DNA of 64,000 nucleotides from Candidatus Zixiibacteriota bacterium (GCA_046542255.1 JBKHBT010000005.1:13593-77592); one strand, 5' to 3'. Shown: positions 1 through 10,117, counted from the stretch's first letter. A program made the numbers and translations. Notes: a model not told the origin generated them from the letters alone.

Positions 1-1890
1 TTCCAGGACGATATAATTACGATACGTAATGATAGATTCGTCCTGCCGGTGCGTGTCGAGGCTGGCGGCCGTTTCGAAGGCGTAGTTCACGACCGTTCTG
101 GTTCAGGACAGACGCTTTTTATGGAGCCGCTTTCTGTGATTCCAGATAATAATGAACTAAAGAACCTTAAAATTGAGAAAAAGCGCGAAATGGCAAGAAT
201 CCTGACATCGCTTTCCAGGCTGGTGAAAGATAAAGGCGATATTTTGCGTGCAAATCTCAATCTGCTTTTTACGCTGGACTATTATTTTGCCGCTGCAAAA
301 GTAGCCAGCCTTTTGGAATGCAATGTACCAGAGCTCGATACCGAAGATTTTGTGCTTCAGGAAGCATACAATCCGATATTGTTGATGGAGATCGAGCGCA
401 AAAAGACTGTTCCCCTGAATTTCCGTATGAATGGCGAGATTCGCGGCTTTTTGGTTACCGGCCCGAATATGGGCGGAAAGACAGTCGCTCTCAAGACTGC
501 CGGGCTTATAGCTGCTATGGCTTTGTCCGGGCTTCCTATTCCGGCCGAAAAGGGTACGAAGATACCGGTTTTCAAGTCTATATTTGCAGATATCGGCGAT
601 GAACAATCTATCGAATTCTCTTTATCCAGCTTCGCGGCACATGTCCGGCGATGGTCAGAAATTGCCGATGGCGCAGATAGTAATTCTTTGATACTATTAG
701 ACGAGCTCGGTGCTTCCACTGATCCTGTCGAAGGTGTTCCACTTGTTACTTCGCTTATTGAATTTGCACTTCAGAAGAAATCGCGGCTTTTTGTTACAAC
801 GCATCTTTCCGAGCTTCTTCCTTTTGCCGAAGAGCGAGAGGACATTGAAAATTGCTCGATGGCTTTCGATCAGGATGAGCTGAAATCGACATTTCGATTC
901 AGGCAGGGTATTCCAGAAAGAAGCTTTGCAATTCCGGTCGCCGAAAGGCTGGGCCTGAAAAAGAGCATTATCGATAGAAGCCGCGAGCTAGCTTCGGGAG
1001 AATCACTGAAATTGGATACATTGCTAGCTAATATATCAGACACACTCAAATCTGTCGAAGACAAAGAAGAAAAACTCACGCAGAAACTCGATGAAACAAA
1101 AGTCGAATACAAAAATTACAGCGACCTTGTCGATAAACAAAAACGGCTAACACGGGAACTTAGCGAAAAAAAGGTGGAGCTGGAGCGCGAGCATCAAGCA
1201 AGAATAGAGACCGAGCTTATGAAAATGCGCGAAGAACTCAATGAAGCCATCGAAGATATCCTTAGCCAGGAACCGGATTTTCCACAAATAGATAGTAAGC
1301 CCAGCGGGAAAATCGAAAAACGCAATATCATGCGCGAGGACAAAAGAGTTAAAAAGCTGAAAGAGATGCGCAAAGAAGCCGGCTCTAGAGCCAGAGATAT
1401 CCGCAAGAAACTGGTGATGAAAAAAGGCAGGCCAATCGATATCGACAAAAATGAGAGAGTATATATCAAAAGATTGCAGAAAGAAGGAATCACCACAACC
1501 TCGACAGATGAGAATGGCTATATCAAAGTAGCCGTTGGTGCTATGAAGCTCCGGCTTCATTCTTCCAGCCTCGAATTATTAGACAGCAAGCCAGAAAATA
1601 GAGAGCCAGAGAGGCAGTATATTGCCTATAAAGAGCCAGAAGTTGAGACTAAGATGGATGTCCGCGGCTATGTATTCTCGCAGGCCTGGGACAAACTGGA
1701 CAGATGGATCGGGGATGCCCATCGCGCCGGCCATGAAAGATTGCTGGTTATCCATGGGAAAGGAACAGGCGTGCTTGGAAGAAAAATCCATGCTCAACTC
1801 AGCACAGACAAAAAGCGTGTCAAATCATTCAAATATGCCGAAGTCGCAGAAGGTGGCATGGGAGCTACAGTTATAAAGCTGAAGCAATAA
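1..1890 (+). CDS. mutS2: Endonuclease MutS2, 5' truncated by window edge
   Basis: Frame 1 is open from base 1 (FQDDIITIRNDRFVLPV). Contains Walker A GPNMGGKT, DIGDEQSI, LLDELGASTDP, a coiled coil and a C-terminal Smr domain (DVRG...IHGKGTGVL). Confidence 0.95.
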   Translation, partial: FQDDIITIRNDRFVLPVRVEAGGRFEGVVHDRSGSGQTLFMEPLSVIPDNNELKNLKIEKKREMARILTSLSRLVKDKGDILRANLNLLFTLDYYFAAAKVASLLECNVPELDTEDFVLQEAYNPILLMEIERKKTVPLNFRMNGEIRGFLVTGPNMGGKTVALKTAGLIAAMALSGLPIPAEKGTKIPVFKSIFADIGDEQSIEFSLSSFAAHVRRWSEIADGADSNSLILLDELGASTDPVEGVPLVTSLIEFALQKKSRLFVTTHLSELLPFAEEREDIENCSMAFDQDELKSTFRFRQGIPERSFAIPVAERLGLKKSIIDRSRELASGESLKLDTLLANISDTLKSVEDKEEKLTQKLDETKVEYKNYSDLVDKQKRLTRELSEKKVELEREHQARIETELMKMREELNEAIEDILSQEPDFPQIDSKPSGKIEKRNIMREDKRVKKLKEMRKEAGSRARDIRKKLVMKKGRPIDIDKNERVYIKRLQKEGITTTSTDENGYIKVAVGAMKLRLHSSSLELLDSKPENREPERQYIAYKEPEVETKMDVRGYVFSQAWDKLDRWIGDAHRAGHERLLVIHGKGTGVLGRKIHAQLSTDKKRVKSFKYAEVAEGGMGATVIKLKQ

Positions 1891-1908
1891 GAGAGCGCAG
1901 AAAAAAGA

Positions 1909-3984
1909 ATGCCCGAAAAATCTATAAAAATAGAAAAGCTAATTAAATGGCTTCCATTGGGTGCCATTTTACTGGGCTTTTTCGGTATATACATTCAGGC
2001 GGCAATATTTAGAGAGCTTTCGGTCTTTTTAGGAAGCAATGAGCTGCTTATTGCTATTTTTCTGCTTCTCTGGCTTTTGGCTGCTGGCATGGGTAGTATA
2101 ATTTTTCGCAATAAGCGTTTTTGGTTGAATCTTCTTGTTTTTACTGCGTTTTCGGCTATATCTATACCGCTTTTTCGATTGATAGCTATTTCTATTTTGC
2201 CCGATGCCGGCATGATCTATGATGGTAGTTCGGTTTTTATCGTTTCTATGGTGGGGATTCTGCCGATTGCATTTTTCGATGGTGCCGCATTTGCGTCATT
2301 ATCCAAGCTATCGCATGAGCCGAGAAAAATATATGCTCTGGAAGGCTTTGGCGCATTTTTGGGCGGTATTGTTTCGCTTTTTGCAATCGGGAGATTCGAT
2401 ATTGCTCTCTCAGCAGTTATTTTTGGGATACTAATCTTTGCTTTATTGACTATCCCTTATCGTAAATGGATGCTTCTATTTCTATTTATACTTATTTTGG
2501 CGGGAATATCATTGCCTATTTATGAAAATCGTCTCTTTTCAAATCACTTTAATGATTCTGAGATTATTGAAATTCGTGATGCGAGAAGTGGACGAGTCTT
2601 TATAACATCCATCGATGATGAGAAATATTTCTATATCAATAGCAATCTCAAAGGGACAAGCAGCGACAGCCTGGATGCTGCGATGTGGCTTCATAGCTTT
2701 ATGATGGCAAATAATAATATAGAAAGCGCTTTGTTATTCGGAGGAGCACTTTCGGGTATAAATAAGCAAATGAATCTTTACGATATCTCAAATCTAATAT
2801 ATTATGAGCCTGATCCGGAAATAATCAAAATGCTTGAAAAGTATTTTCCTGCGAGGCTCGAAGGTGTATCATACCGAAGCGGCAATATTCGCAAAGCGTT
2901 AAAGGATAGGAGTTTTGATGCTATTTTATATGCTCCTTCAATGCCGGATGATCTATCATCGAATTCTTTTTATAGCTATGAGACTTTCGATTATATTGCA
3001 AATTCTCTTTCTGATGATGGAAAGCTTTGCATATTCCTATCGACTGGCCAGAATTACCTTACAGGCCGGGAGCTACAGCTAAGTGGATCACTCTGGCATA
3101 CAATAGATAGCGTATTTGCATATTCGGAAGCATTCTTTTTGGATGGAAATACAATGATAGTCGGCTATTCAGAAGAACCCAAAGAACCTTATCGAGATAG
3201 AATCGATATCACGAATGTTCCAGAAGGACTCTATTTTTCTCCTTCGGCGATAACAATGCAATTTAATAGCCTCAGGCAGGATAATTTCCGCGATCAGATT
3301 GGTGATATGGCTAACTATCCGATCAACCATGATCTAAAGCCGGTCGCATACTATTTTGGTTTTACACAGTTTGCATCTCTGAGTGGTTTTGCGATCCCGG
3401 ATTTTTTGAGAGAAAAGAAAAGATGGCCTGTTTTCTTGGGAATATTGATTTTAATAGTATTGTCTTTGATAGATAGATTTTTCTTCAGGAGAAAAGCTTT
3501 TCCGATTCGAGCGGCTTTTTTCGGTGGTATTTTCGGGCTTGGAGTACAGATAATATGGCTCCTTATGTTTCAAATTGCGCTCGGCAATATCTTCTGGGCA
3601 TTTGGATTGCTTTCCGGGATTTTTCTTATGGGAGCTTCGGCCGCTGCATGGATAGGAGCAAAGAAGCTCAGGACAGGAACGATATTTTCGGCAATGATAA
3701 TCATAATCATTTTGGGCTTTGTATCATTAAATTTTGCTAATAAGGCGTTCTATGCGCCTATTTCGATTCTTTTAATATTATCCAGTGGGCTTTTGGTAGG
3801 ATTTTTGTATAGCGATTTATTAACGAGAAGAATTTTCAGCTACTCGCCCGGACTTCTGTATGCATCGGATTTATTTGGTGCATGTATTTCTGCATTTCTA
3901 CCGACACTGATACTTACACCAATTTTCGGTATTGGCATAACCTTGATGATCATAGCAGTTATGTTAATAACAATATTTATATAA
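1909..3984 (+). CDS. Membrane protein, fused MFS-like / spermidine-synthase-like type
   Basis: N- and C-terminal multi-TM blocks (YALEGFGAFLGG, LYASDLFGA) flank a soluble SAM-fold-like domain (ALLFGGALSG, YYEPDPEII, NHDLKPVAYY). The glycine motif is degenerate. Confidence 0.7.
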   Translation: MPEKSIKIEKLIKWLPLGAILLGFFGIYIQAAIFRELSVFLGSNELLIAIFLLLWLLAAGMGSIIFRNKRFWLNLLVFTAFSAISIPLFRLIAISILPDAGMIYDGSSVFIVSMVGILPIAFFDGAAFASLSKLSHEPRKIYALEGFGAFLGGIVSLFAIGRFDIALSAVIFGILIFALLTIPYRKWMLLFLFILILAGISLPIYENRLFSNHFNDSEIIEIRDARSGRVFITSIDDEKYFYINSNLKGTSSDSLDAAMWLHSFMMANNNIESALLFGGALSGINKQMNLYDISNLIYYEPDPEIIKMLEKYFPARLEGVSYRSGNIRKALKDRSFDAILYAPSMPDDLSSNSFYSYETFDYIANSLSDDGKLCIFLSTGQNYLTGRELQLSGSLWHTIDSVFAYSEAFFLDGNTMIVGYSEEPKEPYRDRIDITNVPEGLYFSPSAITMQFNSLRQDNFRDQIGDMANYPINHDLKPVAYYFGFTQFASLSGFAIPDFLREKKRWPVFLGILILIVLSLIDRFFFRRKAFPIRAAFFGGIFGLGVQIIWLLMFQIALGNIFWAFGLLSGIFLMGASAAAWIGAKKLRTGTIFSAMIIIIILGFVSLNFANKAFYAPISILLILSSGLLVGFLYSDLLTRRIFSYSPGLLYASDLFGACISAFLPTLILTPIFGIGITLMIIAVMLITIFI

Positions 3985-4020
3985 AATTTTTGATAATGCT
4001 CGATCGTTTGGATGAAGAAA

Positions 4021-4323
4021 TTATTTGACCAGGTTTTTACTTCTAAGATAATGCCTGAGTGCTGTGGCTTTTTCTTCATCCTCTTTTATTGCATAGTAAA
4101 GGGAATGATGTGCGAGCTTTTTCTTTTTGATATCAACTTTTTCTTCTTTTTTATTAGTATCAAAAACATTGGAACCACTTAATTCTTTATCGGTTTCTGC
4201 TATGCTTCGCAAAAATTCCCGAATGGATTCTGCACGCTCATATTCATTAGCCATGGCATGATAAAGAGACTTTATCGCCAGTATTTTTCGATATTTACTA
4301 TCGAGTGTTTCTTCATTTTTCAT
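4021..4323 (-). CDS. Small hypothetical protein with two internal ~21-aa repeats
   Basis: 100-aa ORF with SLYHAMANEYERAESIREFLRS / SLYYAIKEDEEKATALRHYLRS; promoter-like motif upstream. Confidence 0.65.
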   Translation of the reverse strand: MKNEETLDSKYRKILAIKSLYHAMANEYERAESIREFLRSIAETDKELSGSNVFDTNKKEEKVDIKKKKLAHHSLYYAIKEDEEKATALRHYLRSKNLVK

Positions 4324-4430
4324 TTTTCACCAATAATTCTTCTCTTTTGAACTAACTCTTCTGTTTTTTCTCTTCTATCCCTTGTAGATAATAATTATCA
4401 GTACAGAGGATTAACTCTTTCGCTACATCT

Positions 4431-4458
4431 ATTATAACTATATAAACAGAAATTTCAA
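4431..4458 (-). promoter_or_regulatory. Sigma70-like promoter for the 4021-4323 ORF
   Basis: Minus strand TTGAAA-16 nt-TATAAT. Confidence 0.5.
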
Positions 4459-4498
4459 GTAATATTAAGAAAAATTTCTCTTTGAAGTAGTTAAATTA

Positions 4499-7234
4499 TC
4501 ATATAATAGCTGGAAGGTAAACAGAGAATTCTGTACCTTCGCCTTCATGGCTTTCAACTTTGATTTCGCCATTATGTCCTTTTATTATAGACCATACAAT
4601 TGCAAGCTCCAGGCCTGTGCCATCATGATTTAGGGCATTGCTTGTAAAGAAAGGCTCGAATATTTTTTCTGTGTTTTCCTTTTTGATACCGCCGCTTGTA
4701 TCTCGAATATTTATAACCACATATTCGCCCGGGTCGATCTGCCATGATAGGCTAAGTTGATTTTCGAATTTTCGATATAATGTAGAAAGATAGACATCGC
4801 CACCAAAGGGCATCGAATCAGCAGCAAATTTGACGAGATTTCTTATACATTTGAAAAGATGAGATTCGGAAACTTCGATTTTCGGAATATTCTTTCCCGG
4901 CCTAATCTTAAAATTGATATTTTTATGCTCATTTTTAATATTTGCGAATTCGACGGAATGTGAGAAATCATAAATAAGATCATTTGTTCGGATCGTCTTT
5001 TTTTCTGGCTTCTCCTGTTCGGACAATGCCAGAAGGTCCTGAATCATCCTTCGCGCTTTGGCCGAAGAGTCTTTGATTTTCTCGACATATTTTCTAAGCG
5101 AGCTGTCTTCGTTAAGTTTAAGCAGAATCAGGTCTGGATATGATATCATTCCGAATAGAATATCATTAAGATTTTGTGCGACTCCACCTGCGAGCCTAAC
5201 AAGCGACTCCATTTTTTCGACCTGCTTGAACTTCTCCTGGATGCGTTTTTTCTCTGTCAGGTCTATTTGTGTGCCGATTGCGCGGAGTGGGTCACCATTC
5301 TCATCTCGTTCTACGGCTCTGCCCTGTGAGAGTATCCATCGCCATTCGCCGCTTGCTGTAAGCATTCTATATTCGGTTTGATACTTTTCTGTTTCGCCTC
5401 TTAGATGGGCTTCGAGAGTTTCGATAACTCGCTCTTTATCATCGGGATGAAGAAGTTTTTCCCATGTATGATAGTGATTCGGTAATTCTTCCGGTTCATA
5501 TCCCAGCATTTGGCACCAGATATCGCTTAGATATGCTTCGCCAGTATCGATATTCCAATCCCATAGGCCTTCATTGGCTCCTTCGAGTGCAAGTTGCAAT
5601 CTTTGCCTCGATGTTCTTAGCTTTTCTGCCTGAGCTATCTGTTCTGTAATATCGACAACTATTCCGCGTATCCCGACATATTCACCATTGCGATTTATTG
5701 GGCTGGAAGAAATCATCACCGGAATAAGGCACCCATCACTATGTTTGATATGATACTGTTGAGGGCCAACAGTAGTACCTGAAAGAATCTTCTTTATCCG
5801 TTTTTTCAAAAGATCGTGTTCTTTATCATAAATGACTTCGGTTACATGAAGGCCATTGCGAAACTTTTCATAGCTGACTCCTGTAAGGTCGAAACCCTTT
5901 TCATTAAGAAAGCTAAAATAGCCGTCTTTATCCAATTCAAAAATTGTCTGTGGTAGAAGTTCTGTCAGTTCTCGATAGTTTTTCTCGCTTTCGCGATATT
6001 TCTCTTCAACTTTCTTCCTAATAGATATATCGATAAAAATGCCTATCAGGCCTTTTGTATTGCCATTTTTATATATAGGTGTGGAATAAATAAGTACAGG
6101 ATATTCTGTTCCATCTTTCTTTTTTGCGATGTATTCATTATCTTCGATAACCTCGCCCCTTAGAGCCTTATGGAAATTATTATGGACTCTTTCCTTTTCA
6201 GATTCTGCGAGAAAATCGTAGAAATTCAGATTCATTATTTCGTCTTTATTATAACCGGTCTTATCGATGGCGGTTTTGTTTACAAATATTAGATTCCCAT
6301 GTGTATCCATTTCGAATACAATCTGCGGAAGAAGGTTTACAAGTTCCTGGAATCGCTGTTCTGAATCATGCATTTTCTCGACAGCGAGCTTTCTTTCGGA
6401 TATATCACGTATCATGCCTTCCATGCCAACAAAATTATTGATATTGTCATAGATTGCCTGAGCGTTAACTTCGGCGAATACCTCATTACCATCTTTGGTT
6501 TTTAATATAACTTCAGAGTTTACTAATCTATTTTTTTCCTTGACAAGCTCGATTAGATCTTTGTGCGTAAATTCATTGTAGAAGAAATCCTTGGTGATAT
6601 TTTTACCCAGCATCTCGAATGTCGTTTCATAATTGAACAATCTAGTTCCAGAAGGGCTAACTAAAGTAAGATTGCCATTTTTGTCTGTACGGAAATAAAC
6701 ATCGATAATATGCTCGAACATACTACGATATTTTCCTTCTGCTTCTCGCAAAGCTTCTTCTGATAGATGTCTTTCAGTTACATCTCTCAATATTGCTATG
6801 AATTCGATAACTTTACCATCTCGTATTTTGATATCCGACATCTCTTCGATATAAACATAGCTGCCCTGTTTTTCGCGGAAACGGAATGTGGTTGGAAAAG
6901 TGATCTTATTCTTTATAGTATTTTGAAAATCGGCGAGCACTGACTGGATATCATCAGGATGGATAAATTCGGTGAAATCATGTCCGATCAGTTCATCTGC
7001 TTTATAACCATATTGTTCTATTTGTGGGCTTATATATTTTATTTTGCCATCTGGAGAATATCGACAAAAGACATCAAAGACATTTTCAACGATCTCTTTA
7101 TAGTTTTTATTATTATCTATGGAATTTTCGGAATGCTGTTTGGGCAGAAAATTCTCATCAGCATAATCTGCTATCGATTCTGCTTTATCTTTCGGAATAC
7201 CAAGATTTTTTAGATATTCTAAGAAATCATTCAT
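4499..7234 (-). CDS. Multi-PAS sensor with degenerate histidine kinase domain (pseudokinase)
   Basis: About five PAS/PAC repeats (RDVTERH, RDISERK, IDISIRK, VDITEQ, IDLTEKK), then HisKA/HATPase-like segments with H-box AGGVAQNLND (His replaced by Gln) and altered N, G1 and G2 boxes. Confidence 0.85.
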   Translation of the reverse strand: MNDFLEYLKNLGIPKDKAESIADYADENFLPKQHSENSIDNNKNYKEIVENVFDVFCRYSPDGKIKYISPQIEQYGYKADELIGHDFTEFIHPDDIQSVLADFQNTIKNKITFPTTFRFREKQGSYVYIEEMSDIKIRDGKVIEFIAILRDVTERHLSEEALREAEGKYRSMFEHIIDVYFRTDKNGNLTLVSPSGTRLFNYETTFEMLGKNITKDFFYNEFTHKDLIELVKEKNRLVNSEVILKTKDGNEVFAEVNAQAIYDNINNFVGMEGMIRDISERKLAVEKMHDSEQRFQELVNLLPQIVFEMDTHGNLIFVNKTAIDKTGYNKDEIMNLNFYDFLAESEKERVHNNFHKALRGEVIEDNEYIAKKKDGTEYPVLIYSTPIYKNGNTKGLIGIFIDISIRKKVEEKYRESEKNYRELTELLPQTIFELDKDGYFSFLNEKGFDLTGVSYEKFRNGLHVTEVIYDKEHDLLKKRIKKILSGTTVGPQQYHIKHSDGCLIPVMISSSPINRNGEYVGIRGIVVDITEQIAQAEKLRTSRQRLQLALEGANEGLWDWNIDTGEAYLSDIWCQMLGYEPEELPNHYHTWEKLLHPDDKERVIETLEAHLRGETEKYQTEYRMLTASGEWRWILSQGRAVERDENGDPLRAIGTQIDLTEKKRIQEKFKQVEKMESLVRLAGGVAQNLNDILFGMISYPDLILLKLNEDSSLRKYVEKIKDSSAKARRMIQDLLALSEQEKPEKKTIRTNDLIYDFSHSVEFANIKNEHKNINFKIRPGKNIPKIEVSESHLFKCIRNLVKFAADSMPFGGDVYLSTLYRKFENQLSLSWQIDPGEYVVINIRDTSGGIKKENTEKIFEPFFTSNALNHDGTGLELAIVWSIIKGHNGEIKVESHEGEGTEFSVYLPAII

Positions 7235-7331
7235 TATAAAAAAATATATAGCTATACCTAACTATAAACCCTACTTTTTTTGATTGTAAAAATTATGAAA
7301 GCCATAATACTTCTCTCCTGCTGCTATGTTA

Positions 7332-7360
7332 AAGATAACAGCTTCGCTTTTAGAATGCAA
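7332..7360 (-). promoter_or_regulatory. Sigma70-like promoter upstream of the PAS pseudokinase
   Basis: Minus strand TTGCAT-17 nt-TATCTT with an extended -10 TG. Confidence 0.45.
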
Positions 7361-7495
7361 TTAAAAATTTTATTGTTAAAATTCTAAATTTGTACTATCG
7401 ATTTTTTGTTATATCATCTCTTGCCTGAGAATAGAGAGAAGAAACAATATAATCAATTTCTTCCTGTTTGGCCTTTATCATATTTTGCAAGCCAT

Positions 7496-7937
7496 CTATT
7501 TCATCTTTGAAATAATCGAAAAGGTCGATAAGTTCGATTGTTTCGGAATTCTAGTGCGAACTTCCTGTTTTTCGAGTTCGGCAAGGATGTCTTTTACTCG
7601 GTGACGATAGAATTCTTGAAAGGTCTTAGTAAGTTTTTTGGGATTATAAAACTTATCTATGAATGCAACGAATTGCTGAATTTTGTCTGACAATTCTTGA
7701 TTGAGTTTTAATAGGTCTTCTTTCTTAAGGCCATATATAAATGCACATACATAACACATAATATATTTAAAGCAAAAGGCTTTACTGATGTTTTAGCCTG
7801 AGAAGTATGACAATGCGGAACATCGCATTGTCTGAAGCATTTTCTAATTTGCTTTTCAATTTGGACTTATCGATGTAAATATTGCCAGGCCTTATACGTA
7901 ATGAAATATCCTGACACTCGTTTTTATTGTTTAGCAT
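7496..7937 (-). pseudogene. Small hypothetical gene region interrupted by the ~107-bp element
   Basis: GGAG RBS plus ATG at 7937 encodes 34 aa (MLNNKNECQDIS...KLENA), runs into the element and stops at 7782. An open frame (KKEDLLKLNQEL...SKMK) resumes beyond the element to 7496. Whether the two halves were one gene is unproven. Confidence 0.4.
7727..7834 (-). repeat. ~107-bp hairpin element, copy A
   Basis: CAGACAATGCG-ATGTTC-CGCATTGTCATACTTCTCAGGCTAAAACATCAG...AT-rich...ATGGCCTT; homologous to 33281-33386 and 34126-34232. Confidence 0.85.
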
Positions 7938-8116
7938 ATTCTCCTTTATTTAAGAGAATATAAATACCAAACATCTCACCTGATAAAATATTCTACTACT
8001 CTTGTCCAATATACTTAATTACTCAGTCATGTCAAGTAAATAAAAATTATTGATGAATTGAAGTGTAACCCATATATTTGATACTGGATAATCCTAATTC
8101 GAAGAAAGGAAAACAG

Positions 8117-8419
8117 ATGATAAAACATGTAGTATTGTTCAATATGAAAGAAACCAAAGCAAAATCTCGTCAGGAAAATGCCGAAGAACTAAAAAGCCTT
8201 CTCGAGAAACTTCCAGGACTAATCGAAGAGATAAAAGAATATGAGGTGGGAATGAATATTAATACTAATAGCGACCTTGCCATGGATTTGATATTAATTT
8301 CAAGTTTTTCTGACGAGCAGGCATTGCAAAACTACCGCATTCACCCTGAGCATAAAAAGATCCTGAGCTTTATCAAAGAAAACTGCGAAGAGCTTCGTGT
8401 TATCGATTATTATATCTAG
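8117..8419 (+). CDS. Dabb family (stress-responsive A/B barrel) protein
   Basis: MIKHVVLF...YEVGMN...DLILISSFSDEQALQNYRIHPEH; AAGGA RBS before the ATG at 8117. Confidence 0.9.
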   Translation: MIKHVVLFNMKETKAKSRQENAEELKSLLEKLPGLIEEIKEYEVGMNINTNSDLAMDLILISSFSDEQALQNYRIHPEHKKILSFIKENCEELRVIDYYI

Positions 8420-8441
8420 TTTTTAAAAGATTTAGAACAAT

Positions 8442-8494
8442 TTATCACATACTTATCAATAGTTTATCAAAGACTTATCAAAAAGTTATCAACA
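8442..8494 (+). promoter_or_regulatory. Phased array of five DnaA-box-like 9-mers (11-bp period)
   Basis: TTATCA starts at 8442, 8453, 8464, 8475 and 8486 (TTATCACAT, TTATCAATA, TTATCAAAG, TTATCAAAA, TTATCAACA); the DnaA box consensus is TTATCCACA. Confidence 0.6.
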
Positions 8495-8574
8495 ATTTGA
8501 TAGGTATTTGTGTTTTGGGCTTGCCTTTTCAAGTTTTTGCATTTGATTATCTGCTAAGATAAATGCGAGGTTTG

Positions 8575-9492
8575 ATGGGCGAATATACCGGTGAAATTGC
8601 TGCTTTATCCACATCGATATTGTGGAGCCTGACATCGACTTTCTTCACAATCGCAGCCGTGAAAGTCGGAGCGGTTGTGCTAAATAGGATGCGGCTTATA
8701 ATCGCATTGGTATTTCTCTCTATTATGCATCTTATTCTTCAGGGAGCGATATTTCCTATTCAGGCAAGTAGCTATCAGCTTTGGATTCTCGCCATTTCAG
8801 GTATTGTGGGAATGGCGATAGGTGATGCTTCATTGTATCAATCTTTTATCATGATCGGAACACATCTTGGTATGCTTCTGATGTCTTTTGTTCCAATTAT
8901 TTCTACAATCATAGCATGGATATTCCTGAAAGAGAATCTATCACCGATTAAAATTATCGCCATTTTGATAACAGTTTCAGGTATCGCTATGGTTGTTTGG
9001 GGCAAAAGAAGGCATAGCCTACATATTCCTATTAAAAAGTATATCTTCGGTATTTTATTCGGCATAGGCGCCGCACTTGGCCAGGCTTCTGGGCTTGCGC
9101 TTTCTAAAATTGGTATAGTCGGGAAAAGTGGCAATATTCATCTTTCCGGAATCTCGGCTACTATTATTCGAGTGCTTTCTGCAAGCATTACAATATGGCT
9201 TTTCACTATTTTGGCCGGTAGATTCGAGCATACCAAAGATAAGCTCAAAGAAAATCCCAAATCGCTATGGGCGATTATTGCCGGCTCTTTTGTCGGGCCG
9301 TTTCTGGGCATGTGGTGCTCGATGATCGCTGTGAAATATGCATATATCGGTATAGCATCGACACTTATGGCTCTGCCGCCCGTGTTTTTATTACCGATTT
9401 CACATTATGTATTCAAAGAAAAAATTACAATAGTATCAATAGTTGGCACTTTGATAGCTATTTGCGGTGCCGCTATGATCTTTTTGCTATAA
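8575..9492 (+). CDS. DMT/EamA family transporter
   Basis: About 10 TM helices in two EamA repeats (GEIAALSTSILWS, GIVGMAIGD, FLKENLS, FVGPFLG, FKEKIT). Start 8575 chosen from the GAGG RBS. Confidence 0.9.
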   Translation: MGEYTGEIAALSTSILWSLTSTFFTIAAVKVGAVVLNRMRLIIALVFLSIMHLILQGAIFPIQASSYQLWILAISGIVGMAIGDASLYQSFIMIGTHLGMLLMSFVPIISTIIAWIFLKENLSPIKIIAILITVSGIAMVVWGKRRHSLHIPIKKYIFGILFGIGAALGQASGLALSKIGIVGKSGNIHLSGISATIIRVLSASITIWLFTILAGRFEHTKDKLKENPKSLWAIIAGSFVGPFLGMWCSMIAVKYAYIGIASTLMALPPVFLLPISHYVFKEKITIVSIVGTLIAICGAAMIFLL

Positions 9493-9544
9493 AATATGTT
9501 TGACTTTTCTAAGATTTTCATATTCTTTGTCTCAAAGGAGAACT

Positions 9545-10108
9545 ATGCTGGATAAAATATTACAATTAGATGCTGAGCTATTTCTTGCCATAAACCATGG
9601 CTGGGTTTGTAAATTCTTAGATTTTCTGATGCCGATTCTCACCGATAAAAGCGGTGCTTTAATTTTGATTGCGATCCTTGTGCTTTTCGCCATTTTCGGT
9701 GGTAAAAAGGGGCGTATTATGGCGATTTTTGCGCTTGTGGCTGTTGGTTTTGCCGATCTCATTTCGGCACAGTTTATGAAGCCATTTTTTGGAAGAATCA
9801 GGCCATGCCATGACCTTCCAGCAAGGATGCTCGCCAATTGCTCCAGCAGCAATTCATTTCCATCTTCACATGCTTCGAATATTTTCGCCTTTGCCATTTC
9901 GGTAGGTTATAGCTATCGATGGGCATTGATCGGGCTTTTGCCATTGGCTTTTGGAGTTGCATTATCAAGAGTTTATGTAGGAGTACATTACCCAATAGAT
10001 ATAACAGTTGGAGCACTTCTCGGCACATTCCTGGGGCTATTTTTCGGGTATATTGCCAAATTGATATATGGGCCTAAAAAGGTGAAAATCGATAAAGATA
10101 ACAACTAA
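9545..10108 (+). CDS. PAP2 family phosphatase
   Basis: Motifs KPFFGRIRP, SFPSSHA, SRVYVGVHYPIDI; AAGGAG RBS before ATG 9545. Confidence 0.92.
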   Translation: MLDKILQLDAELFLAINHGWVCKFLDFLMPILTDKSGALILIAILVLFAIFGGKKGRIMAIFALVAVGFADLISAQFMKPFFGRIRPCHDLPARMLANCSSSNSFPSSHASNIFAFAISVGYSYRWALIGLLPLAFGVALSRVYVGVHYPIDITVGALLGTFLGLFFGYIAKLIYGPKKVKIDKDNN

Positions 10109-10117
10109 TCTTTTGGA

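Noticed and set aside
7789-7834. GTTTTAG... in the reverse strand of the hairpin element resembles the start of type II CRISPR repeats
   Set aside because: Copies are dispersed, not arrayed with spacers, and there are no cas genes in the window.
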